64,000 bases of DNA from an uncultured Candidatus Rokubacteria bacterium (GTDB lineage Bacteria > Methylomirabilota > Methylomirabilia > Rokubacteriales > DASRDR01): positions 384,001 through 448,000 of the forward strand of contig CAVPSB010000018.1 of NCBI GenBank assembly GCA_963708025.1, written 5' to 3'. Below the pieces are notes generated by a model, which did no database searches, was not told the origin of the DNA, and saw nothing but the letters and a program-made list of their open reading frames with translations. The number at the start of each line of letters is the position of its first letter. The stretch's first letter is position 1. A program made the translations under genes and the position numbers. This document shows positions 1-7,794 of the stretch, one piece after another.

Positions 1-564
1 AGCCCGGGCCTGACGGTCCCGGAGGACGATCTGTCGGACCTGTGCGAGCGGGAGCTCGGGCACTTCAAGGCGCCGACGCGCATTCACGTCATCGAGCGTC
101 TGCCGCGGGGGCCATCCGGCAAGGTGGACCGGCTCCGGCTGATCGAGGATGCGGGCCGGCGGAGCGCGGCGGCCGCCGGTGCGCGTCGGTCCCGGCCGCG
201 GCCGCCCGCTGGATACCTCGCCCCGCGGACGCCGGTGGAGCGCATCATCGCGAAGAGCTGGAGCGCGATGCTGGGCCGGGAGCGAATCGGGGTTCACGAC
301 GACTTTCTCGAGCTGGGTGGGGGCTCGCTGCTGGCGGTGCGCATCCTGGCGCGGCTCGACCGGCTGCTGCCGGTAAGCCTCTCGCTCGGCAGCTTCCTCG
401 ACCACCCGACGATCGCCGAGCAAGCGGCGCTCATCGACCGGGAGCTGCTGAGCGGCGACGAGGCGACACGCCTCCTGGCCGAGGTCGAGGCGCTGCCGGA
501 CGAGGAGGTGACGCGCCGGTTGTCCGACGGGAGCGGCGAACCCGCCGGCGACCGAGCCGAGTGA
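1..564 (+). CDS. 3' end of an acyl-CoA ligase/adenylation enzyme fused to a carrier (PCP/ACP) domain; runs off the window start
   Basis: Frame 1 is open from base 1: ...GHFKAPTRIHVIERLPRGPSGKVDR (A10 lysine motif), then YLAPRTPVER...DDFLELGGGSLLA (phosphopantetheine Ser) and an acidic tail LLAEVEALPDEEV. The stop overlaps the next GTG (GTGA). Confidence 0.85.
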   Translation, partial: SPGLTVPEDDLSDLCERELGHFKAPTRIHVIERLPRGPSGKVDRLRLIEDAGRRSAAAAGARRSRPRPPAGYLAPRTPVERIIAKSWSAMLGRERIGVHDDFLELGGGSLLAVRILARLDRLLPVSLSLGSFLDHPTIAEQAALIDRELLSGDEATRLLAEVEALPDEEVTRRLSDGSGEPAGDRAE

Positions 565-3500
565 CCGACCACCTCTGGTCCCGCCTCGAACGGCTCTCCC
601 AGGAGAAGCGGGCGCTGCTGGAGCGGCTGCTCCTGGGGCGACCGCGGGCATCCGCGACCCCCGCCGGGATCCCGCCGCGCGACCGATCCCGCCCGTGCCC
701 CCTGTCACCCCTCCAGGAGCGGATCTGGTTCCTCGAGCAGCTCCATCCGGGCCTGCCCACCTACCACGAGCCGTCGGCCGTGCGCCTGCGGGGTCCGCTC
801 GATCTCGGCGCCCTGGAGGCCGCGCTCGACGCCGTCGTGGCCCGGCACGAGGTCTTGCGGCTGGCGATCCAGGTGGTCGACGGGACCCCGACCCAGGTGT
901 TCCATCCGAGCCGGCCCGTGCGGATCAGCGCGGTCGATCTGTCCGACCGGGCCGGGGAGGCGCGGGAGTCCGCCATCCGCGATGTGCTGCGCGAGGAAGC
1001 GCGCCGGCCCTTCGACCTCGAGACGGATCCACTCCTGCGGGCGGTGGTCCTCCGCCTGGGCGAGGCCGAGCACGTGTTCGCGCTCACGCTGCATCACCTG
1101 GTGTGCGACCGCCCGTCGCTGGGCGTGCTGTTCCGGGAGCTCGAGCGGCTGTACGCCGCGGCGGTCCCGGGAACCCCCGTCAGGCTCCCGCCGCCGCCCC
1201 TTCAGTTCGGGGACGTCGCCGCCTGGCAGCGCGAGCGCGTCGAGAAGGCATCGCTGGAAGCCGACCTCGCCTACTGGACGGCGCAGCTCCGGTCCGTCCC
1301 CGCGGTTCTCGACCTCCCCGCCGATCGGCCACGACCGCCCGAGATGTCCCATCGGGGCGCAACGCGCGCCGTCCGGCTCGGCGCCTCGCTGTCCGGTCGG
1401 CTGCGGGAGATGAGCCGATCCGAAGGGGTCACCCTCTTCACCCTGCTGCTGGCGGCCTTCGCCACGCTCCTCTCCCGCCTCACGGGCCGCGAGGACATCG
1501 TGCTCGGGATCCCGATCGCGAGCCGCGACCGGCCGGAGCTGGAGCCGCTCATCGGACCGCTGGTCGGCACCGTGCCGCTTTGGCTGGACCTCTCGGGAGC
1601 GCCCTCCTTCCGCGAGCTGCTCGGACGCGTCCGGACGGTCGTGGCGGACGCCCACGCCCACCGGGCGGTGCCGTTCGAGCGGCTCGTCGATCTCCTGCGG
1701 CCGGTCCGGGCCCTCGACCACACGCCGGTGTTCCAGGTGATGCTGACGTGGCGTGAGCCGGAGAACCTGATGGCGGCGCTGCGACTTCCCGGGCTGTCGG
1801 TGTCGCCGCTCGACGTCGACCGGGGGGCGTCGAAGCTCGACCTGACCCTGTTCCTCACCGAGGCCGCGGGGGAGATCGTCTGCGAGGCCGAGTACGCCAC
1901 GGATCTCTACGACGCCGGCACCATCGACCGGACGCTGGGCCACTTCCGGGCGGTGCTCGACGGGGCTGCCCGGAGCCCCGAGGAGCGGCTCTCGCGGCTG
2001 CCCGTGCTGACGCCGGACGAGCGCCGCCGGCTTCTGGTCGAGTGGAACGACACCGCGATCGACTACCCGCGGGACGTCTCCATTCCCGACCTCGTTCGGG
2101 AGCAGTGCCGGCGGACCCCCGGGGCCATCGCGGTCGAGCACGGCGACGAGCGGCTGACCTACGGGGAGCTGGAGGAGCGCGCCGCCCGGCTGGCCGGCCG
2201 CCTGAGGCGCCACGGGGTCCGGCCGGAGGTGGTGGTCGGCATCTGCCTCGAGCGCTCGATCGAGATGGTCGTCGGGCTCCTCGGCATCCTCGAGGCCGGC
2301 GGCGCGTACCTGCCGCTCGATCCCCGCGATCCGCCGGACCGCCTGGCGTTCCTGGTGCGCGACGCCGGCGCGCCCGTGATCCTGACGCGGCGATCGTGGC
2401 GGGCGCGACTGGAGAGGTCAGGCGCCCGGCTGCTCTGCGTGGACGAGGCCGAAGCGCCGGCCTCGCGCGACACCGTGGACGGCACCGGCGCCGGCGCCGG
2501 AGGCGACAGCCTCGCCTACGTCGTGTACACGTCCGGCTCGACCGGCCGGCCCAAGGGCGTGGAGATCCCGCACCGGGCCGTGGTCCGGCTGCTCTTCGGG
2601 GTGGACTACGTCCGGCTCGGCCCCGGGGAGAAGATCCTCCAGCTCGGCCCGCTCGGCTTCGACGCGTCGACCTTCGAGGTCTGGGCCGCCCTCCTACACG
2701 GGGGGTGCTGCGTGCTCTACCCGGAGTGCGTGCCCAGCGCCGAGCGCCTCGGCGAGATCGTCGAGCGGCACGGGGTGACGACGCTCTTCCTCACGACGGC
2801 CCTGTTCAACCACGTGGTGGACGAGCTTCCGTCCGGCCTGGCCGGCGTCAGCCAGCTCCTGACGGGAGGCGAGACCGTGTCGGTCGAGCACATGGCGCGC
2901 GCGGTGGCCCGGCTGCCGGCGACCCGGATCGTCCACTGCTACGGACCGACCGAGGCCACCACCTTCACGACGTGCTACCCGGTTCCCCGGTCACTGGCGG
3001 CGACCGCGAGCACGGTCCCGATCGGACGGCCGATCGCCAACACCCGCGTCTACATCCTCGACCGGCACGGCGAGCCGGTGCCGGTCGGCGTCCCCGGAGA
3101 GATCTTCATCGGAGGGGACGGGCTGGCCCGCGGCTACCGCCAGCGCCCCGAGCTGACCCGCGAGCGGTTCGGGCCGGACCCGTTCCCGGGCGGCGGCGGC
3201 GGTCGGCTGTACCGCACCGGCGATCTGGCCCGCTACCGCGCCGACGGCGCCATCGAGTTCCTGGGCAGGGCTGACGACCAGGTCAAGCTGCGGGGCTTCC
3301 GCATCGAGCCGGCAGAAGTCGAAGCCGCGCTGGCCTCGCATCCGGGAGTGACCCGGGCGGTCGTGGTCGTTCGCCGGGACGGGCCAGGCGATCGGCGCCT
3401 GGTGGCCTACGTGGTTCCCGAGGGGAGCCCGGCGCCCGCCGCGGCCGAGCTGCGAGCCCACCTCGGGGCGATGCTGCCGGAGCACATGATCCCCACGGCA

Positions 3501-5846
3501 TTCGTCTCGATCACGCGACTCCCGCTCACCGCCAGCGGGAAGGTCGATCGCGCCGCGCTGCCGCCGCCCGAGACCGATCCCGGTCGCCCCGGCGCCCGGG
3601 AGTTGGCCCGGACCCCCGTGGAGGAGCTCGTCGCCGGCATCTGGGCCGACGTCCTGAGCGTCCCGAGCGTCGGCCGCCACGAGGACTTCTTCGAGCTGGG
3701 GGGGCACTCCCTTCTGGCGGCCCAGGCGATGGCTCGGCTGCGCCAGGTCCTGGGGCTGGACCTTCCGGTCCGGGTGCTCTTCGAGGCGCCGACGGTGGCG
3801 CGGCTCGGCGCCCACGTCGACGGATCCCGCTTCGGCGGGGCGGCGCCGGCGCCCGTCCGCCTCGCCCGGCGCGAGAGTCCGCTGCCCCTCGCGCCGCTGC
3901 AGGAGCGGATCTGGCGCCACTGCCAGATGCCTAACGGCGCCGGGTACACGCTGGTGCGGGCCTTCCATGTGCGAGGGGCGCTCGACGTCGGCGCGCTGGA
4001 GCGGAGCCTCGCCGAGATGGTGCGCCGCCACGAGATCCTCCGGACGACCTACGTCCTGGTCGGCCGGGAGCCCCGGCAGGTCATCGGTCCGTCCGGAGCG
4101 ACGCCGGTGCCCGTTCTCGATCTCCGGGGCCGGCCGCACGAGGCGGAGCGGATCACCCGGGAAGAGATGACGCGCGGCCTGGATCTCACGCGCAGCCCCC
4201 TGCTCCGCGCGGTCGTCCTGCGCCTCGACGAGACGGAGTACCGGCTGCTCCTGCTGATGCACCACATCACGTACGACGCCGAGTCCATCGAGATCTTCTT
4301 CCGCGAGCTGCGCGCGCTCTACGAAGGGTTCGCGCGGCGGCGGTCCCCGCGGCTGCCCGAGCCCCGGCTGCAGTACGCGGACTACGCGGCGTGGCAGCGC
4401 CAGCGGATGCGTCCCGGCGGGGATGTCCACCGCCGCCAGCTCGCCGACTGGATGGATCGGCTGGGAACGGGCGGGAGACGCCTGGAGCTGCCGTTCCGGA
4501 GGCCGATCCCCGTGGCGGCGAGCCTCGACGAGGCCGAGCAGACGGTCCCGTTCACCGACGACCTGCGCGGCCGCGTGGAGGCGCTGAGCCGGCGCGAGCG
4601 GGTGACGCCGTTCATGACCATGCTGGCCGCCTTCGAGGTGCTGCTCTTCCACTACACGGGACGCCGTGACCTCCTGGTCGGCACCTACGCGGCGAACCGC
4701 GGCCGTGGGGAGCTCGACGACGTGATGGGATGCTTCGTCAACCTCCTGGTGCTGCGGGTCAACCTCCACGGGGGCCTGTCGTTCCGGGACGTGCTGCACC
4801 GGGTTCGCGCGGTCGTGCTGCGGGCCTTCGCGAGCCCGGACGTGCTGTACGAGGAGGTCGGGGTCGCGCTGCGGGCCGCGGGGCGGCCCGTCCCCGAGGT
4901 CGAGGTGATCTTCAACACCGTGCGCCGGCGCCCCGATGCCTCGCTGACACTTCCCGGCCTGGACGTGAGCATGCTCACGCTACCCCCGCCGCGGATGCCG
5001 TGGGGGCTGACCCTCTTCGTCAACGAGAGGCTCGGCCGCCTCGCCTGCCCGTTCGACGCCGGGCTCTACGACCCGGCCGGCGTGCGCCGGATGCTTGCCG
5101 GGTTCACGGCGGTGCTCGAGCGCGTGACGGCCGACCCGATGCTCGGCGTCCCGGACCTGGCGCCGGACGCCTCGATCTGCGCGGCCATCCACCCGCGTGG
5201 CTCACGCGTAGCTGTCAGGAAGGCGGTCGAGGTTCCGTTCCTGACCCGAGGTGTGCGCCGCCGTCGGGCGGTCACGATCATCCCCACGCCGCTCGCCGTC
5301 GCCGCTCGCACCGGCCCGGACTGCGTACGGCCGGGCGTACCGCCGCGCTTGACAGCGCCATGGCCTACACTCCCGAGCCACCAGTCGTCGTCCGGCCCCG
5401 GGAGGCCGCGATGCCCACCGCCCTGCACCGCTTCACCCGATGGAGGGACCGCCATGCCGAAGACCACCCAGCTCGTCCTGTCCCTGGCCTCGAAGCCGGG
5501 TGTCCTCGCCGAGATCGGCTCGACGCTGGCCCAGGCCGGCGTGAACATCACCGCGATCTGCGCCGGCGAGGCCAGCGGCGGTCGCGGGAAGGTCCGCCTC
5601 CTGGTGGACAACCCCGCCCGCGCGACGGAAGCCCTCAAGGCGGCCAAGCTCCGGGTCGCCCAGGAGGACGCTCTCTCGCTGACCCTCGACAACCGGCCCG
5701 GCGCCCTGGCCGACGTGGCCCGAAAGCTGGCCCGCGCGAAGGTGAACGTGAAGTGCGCGTACGCGACGACGAGCGGGAGCGGGCCGGCCCAGGTGGTCCT
5801 GACGGTGTCGAACGTGGCGAAGGCGGAGGCCGCCCTGGGCGCTTAG
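561..5846 (+). CDS. Non-ribosomal peptide synthetase C-A-PCP-C; homology ends near 5170 and the frame runs on into an ACT-domain protein
   Basis: GTG at 561. C domain HHLVCD; A-domain motifs YTSGSTGRPKG, YGPTE, YRTGDL, LPLTASGKVDR; PCP FFELGGHSL; second C domain HHITYD; no thioesterase. No stop before 5846. Confidence 0.9.
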   Translation: MTDHLWSRLERLSQEKRALLERLLLGRPRASATPAGIPPRDRSRPCPLSPLQERIWFLEQLHPGLPTYHEPSAVRLRGPLDLGALEAALDAVVARHEVLRLAIQVVDGTPTQVFHPSRPVRISAVDLSDRAGEARESAIRDVLREEARRPFDLETDPLLRAVVLRLGEAEHVFALTLHHLVCDRPSLGVLFRELERLYAAAVPGTPVRLPPPPLQFGDVAAWQRERVEKASLEADLAYWTAQLRSVPAVLDLPADRPRPPEMSHRGATRAVRLGASLSGRLREMSRSEGVTLFTLLLAAFATLLSRLTGREDIVLGIPIASRDRPELEPLIGPLVGTVPLWLDLSGAPSFRELLGRVRTVVADAHAHRAVPFERLVDLLRPVRALDHTPVFQVMLTWREPENLMAALRLPGLSVSPLDVDRGASKLDLTLFLTEAAGEIVCEAEYATDLYDAGTIDRTLGHFRAVLDGAARSPEERLSRLPVLTPDERRRLLVEWNDTAIDYPRDVSIPDLVREQCRRTPGAIAVEHGDERLTYGELEERAARLAGRLRRHGVRPEVVVGICLERSIEMVVGLLGILEAGGAYLPLDPRDPPDRLAFLVRDAGAPVILTRRSWRARLERSGARLLCVDEAEAPASRDTVDGTGAGAGGDSLAYVVYTSGSTGRPKGVEIPHRAVVRLLFGVDYVRLGPGEKILQLGPLGFDASTFEVWAALLHGGCCVLYPECVPSAERLGEIVERHGVTTLFLTTALFNHVVDELPSGLAGVSQLLTGGETVSVEHMARAVARLPATRIVHCYGPTEATTFTTCYPVPRSLAATASTVPIGRPIANTRVYILDRHGEPVPVGVPGEIFIGGDGLARGYRQRPELTRERFGPDPFPGGGGGRLYRTGDLARYRADGAIEFLGRADDQVKLRGFRIEPAEVEAALASHPGVTRAVVVVRRDGPGDRRLVAYVVPEGSPAPAAAELRAHLGAMLPEHMIPTAFVSITRLPLTASGKVDRAALPPPETDPGRPGARELARTPVEELVAGIWADVLSVPSVGRHEDFFELGGHSLLAAQAMARLRQVLGLDLPVRVLFEAPTVARLGAHVDGSRFGGAAPAPVRLARRESPLPLAPLQERIWRHCQMPNGAGYTLVRAFHVRGALDVGALERSLAEMVRRHEILRTTYVLVGREPRQVIGPSGATPVPVLDLRGRPHEAERITREEMTRGLDLTRSPLLRAVVLRLDETEYRLLLLMHHITYDAESIEIFFRELRALYEGFARRRSPRLPEPRLQYADYAAWQRQRMRPGGDVHRRQLADWMDRLGTGGRRLELPFRRPIPVAASLDEAEQTVPFTDDLRGRVEALSRRERVTPFMTMLAAFEVLLFHYTGRRDLLVGTYAANRGRGELDDVMGCFVNLLVLRVNLHGGLSFRDVLHRVRAVVLRAFASPDVLYEEVGVALRAAGRPVPEVEVIFNTVRRRPDASLTLPGLDVSMLTLPPPRMPWGLTLFVNERLGRLACPFDAGLYDPAGVRRMLAGFTAVLERVTADPMLGVPDLAPDASICAAIHPRGSRVAVRKAVEVPFLTRGVRRRRAVTIIPTPLAVAARTGPDCVRPGVPPRLTAPWPTLPSHQSSSGPGRPRCPPPCTASPDGGTAMPKTTQLVLSLASKPGVLAEIGSTLAQAGVNITAICAGEASGGRGKVRLLVDNPARATEALKAAKLRVAQEDALSLTLDNRPGALADVARKLARAKVNVKCAYATTSGSGPAQVVLTVSNVAKAEAALGA
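5454..5846 (+). CDS. ACT-domain protein (tandem ACT), probably initiated independently
   Basis: GGAGGG RBS before ATG 5454. MPKTTQLVLSLASKPGVLAEIG...LDNRPGALADVARKLARAKVNV gives two ACT repeats. In frame with the NRPS. Confidence 0.85.
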   Translation: MPKTTQLVLSLASKPGVLAEIGSTLAQAGVNITAICAGEASGGRGKVRLLVDNPARATEALKAAKLRVAQEDALSLTLDNRPGALADVARKLARAKVNVKCAYATTSGSGPAQVVLTVSNVAKAEAALGA

Positions 5847-6355
5847 CCCGATCGCCGGCGGGTCAGGCGCCCGGCGGCCCCGAGGTGCGCGTCGCGCCGG
5901 GCCTGGAGCCCGGTGTCCACGTAGCTCATCAGGTCGGGCCGGGCCCGGCCGAGCATCACCTGGATGTAGGCGGGCTCGAGGCCGACGTTCTCGAAGCCGT
6001 GGATGACCCCCGCCGGCGCCGAGACGCAGTCCCAGCGCCCGAGCACCGTCTCGACCCGGCGCCCGGCGTCGTCGTCGAAGAAGACCCGGACCTTCCCGTC
6101 GAGGACGAAGAAGACCTCCTCGACCTCGTGGGTGTGGGGCGCGTTCCCCTGGCCGGGCGGCACGAACATCACGCTGAGCGTGAAGTGCTCGGCCGCGATC
6201 GCGCGGGGATCGGCCTTCCCGGACGCCCCGGCGCCGATGTAGCGATGCTGGGCGCGCCGGTAGCCCTCGACCCGGGCGTCGGCGAAGGCGTCCCAGTCGG
6301 CCACCCGGTCCACGAACCGCGCCACCCGGCTGCCCAGCAGCTCCTCGTGCGTCAT
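5843..6355 (-). CDS. Cupin-domain protein
   Basis: PPGQGNAPHTHEVEEVFFVLDG and PAGVIHGFEN cupin motifs; ATG at 6355. Confidence 0.85.
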   Translation of the reverse strand: MTHEELLGSRVARFVDRVADWDAFADARVEGYRRAQHRYIGAGASGKADPRAIAAEHFTLSVMFVPPGQGNAPHTHEVEEVFFVLDGKVRVFFDDDAGRRVETVLGRWDCVSAPAGVIHGFENVGLEPAYIQVMLGRARPDLMSYVDTGLQARRDAHLGAAGRLTRRRSG

Positions 6356-6408
6356 CGCAGGATCCTCCGTCCGACATGCTTGCATCGGGGGTAGAGGTCA
6401 TCGACGAA

Positions 6409-6477
6409 GCCCACGATCAGGTTCAGCGGTGGCGCCGAGCAACGCGAAGTGCCGACCGCTGCAAGCTGCAATCAGAC
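6409..6477 (-). repeat. Degenerate attC-like imperfect palindrome 1
   Basis: Minus strand GTCTGAT-TGCAGCTTGCAGCGGTCGGCAC...GCGCCACCGCTGAAC-CTGATCGTGGGC. The toxin stop codon falls in the R''-like box. Shares GAGCAACGCGA and CCGCTGCA with element 2. Confidence 0.55.
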
Positions 6478-6778
6478 GTCACCACGGAGACGAGGACGTA
6501 TCCCCCGAGGGTCTCGCCTGCCGTGAACGCATGCGAGGACAACCACCAATGTCTCGAGCGGCCGGTACCAAAGGACGTAGGGGAAACGTCGGAGCAGGGC
6601 TCGACGGGCCCCTCGGTAACGCTCTGGATACGCGAGTGGGTTGTCGGCGATGCGAGCGATAACGATGTTGACGGCTTCGCGGGTCGCCGCCGAGACCTCG
6701 CCGCTGACTTTCGTACCAGTCCTCGATCGCCTCCAGGTCGAGCTCCGCAGCTCGACGAAGCAGGACAGGTACCGTCAA
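6472..6778 (-). pseudogene. RelE/ParE-family toxin, frameshifted near 6682
   Basis: MTVPVLLRRAAELDLEAIEDWYESQRRGLGGD, then after a frame change REAVNIVIARIADNPLAYPERYRGARRALLRRFPYVLWYR...VLACVHGRRDP. Overlaps the antitoxin stop. Confidence 0.85.
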
Positions 6779-6993
6779 CGACGCCGCTGCTCGAGGCGGG
6801 CTCTAACTTCTGGCCAGGGGCTTTGGTCTTTCGGATTGGCCTCGAGATCCGCAAGCCGAGCGTCGAGAAGGGCACGTTCCTCGGACGTGACAGGAATGTC
6901 ATCATCCGAGAGCGTGTCCCACAGAGCCTCGATCAGCCGTAGCCGCTCACTCGGGTCGAGCCTCAAGGCTTCTGCCAGCAGATCCGCGTTCAT
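6775..6993 (-). CDS. Addiction-module antitoxin component
   Basis: LDPSERLRLIEALWDTL...LDARLADLEANP...WPEVRARL; directly upstream of the ParE-like toxin. Confidence 0.85.
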   Translation of the reverse strand: MNADLLAEALRLDPSERLRLIEALWDTLSDDDIPVTSEERALLDARLADLEANPKDQSPWPEVRARLEQRRR

Positions 6994-7027
6994 GGCACGA
7001 GTATACCGCTATCCCGCCCGAAATGAG

Positions 7028-7106
7028 CCCGGACGGCAGCGCGTGCACTGAGCGGCCGGTAGGCGAGCAACGCGAGCCGTCGGCCCGCTGCACTGCAAGG
7101 TTCGAC
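7028..7106 (-). repeat. Degenerate attC-like imperfect palindrome 2
   Basis: Minus strand GTCGAAC-CTTGCAGTGCAGCGGGCCGACGG...CCGGCCGCTCAGTGCAC...GTCCGGG; related to element 1. Confidence 0.55.
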
Positions 7107-7211
7107 GGTTTTCGCCGCGTCACTCAACGACCTTTGGTACCGAGGGCCGGACGTCAATGAAGATCTCGGCGACGTATCGCGGCATCCGCCCGCGCACCAG
7201 TCTCGCCGCCG

Positions 7212-7643
7212 TCATGGCAGCAGCTCGAGCGCCCGCGTGAGACGCGGGCCGACACGGATGGCGGCGAAATCACGGCGATCCGTCGTCAGCACCCGGTAGA
7301 TGCGCCGTCGCTCAGCTACAGCGACGACTGTTCCGTCGACGAGCCCCAGGTTGAGCTTCGCGAATCTGGCGTCGAGTTCGAGGGCACGAACAATGTCGGA
7401 GGGTAGCGGCAGCTCATACTCGTACCGTGTCGCCGGATCGAAAATCTCAGCGACGAGTGTCCGCATCGCGACCCTGTTCTCCCGGAGAAAGTAGTCCACC
7501 TCGGCTAGAACGAGTCCGGGCACGATAACCAGACTCGCGGATGTCAGGATCTTCTCGTACTCAGGAAAACTCGGCTTGCCGTCTCTCGTGCTGGCGAGGC
7601 CGCGGAGGAGCCCGCCGGTGTCTGCGACGATCGGCGGACTCAA
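7212..7643 (-). CDS. PIN-domain (VapC-like) toxin
   Basis: IVADTGGL...VLAEVDY...LGLVDGTVVAVAE...VLTTDRRDF: conserved PIN acidic residues. Confidence 0.85.
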   Translation of the reverse strand: MSPPIVADTGGLLRGLASTRDGKPSFPEYEKILTSASLVIVPGLVLAEVDYFLRENRVAMRTLVAEIFDPATRYEYELPLPSDIVRALELDARFAKLNLGLVDGTVVAVAERRRIYRVLTTDRRDFAAIRVGPRLTRALELLP

Positions 7644-7794
7644 GCCTCGAGATCTCGGAAGAGTTCGGATTCATCGCCGAGTTTGTTGTCCGTCAACTCG
7701 AAGAGGCGTGTAGAGGGCGGGCGGCGGCCGGTGTAGTAGCGGGACGCCACCACCCGCAGACCCTTGCGAATGAGGGCCGAGGCATGGGCACCGG
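7640..7794 (-). pseudogene. 5'-truncated antitoxin remnant
   Basis: ASALIRKGLRVVASRYYTGRRPPSTRLFELTDNKLGDESELFRDLEA* overlaps the PIN start (TTGA). No in-frame start for the ASALIRKGL part before the tctA-like stop at 7795. Confidence 0.55.

Noticed and set aside
5349-5371. TTGACA...TACACT promoter for the ACT gene
   Set aside because: The spacer is only 11 nt, incompatible with sigma70 geometry.
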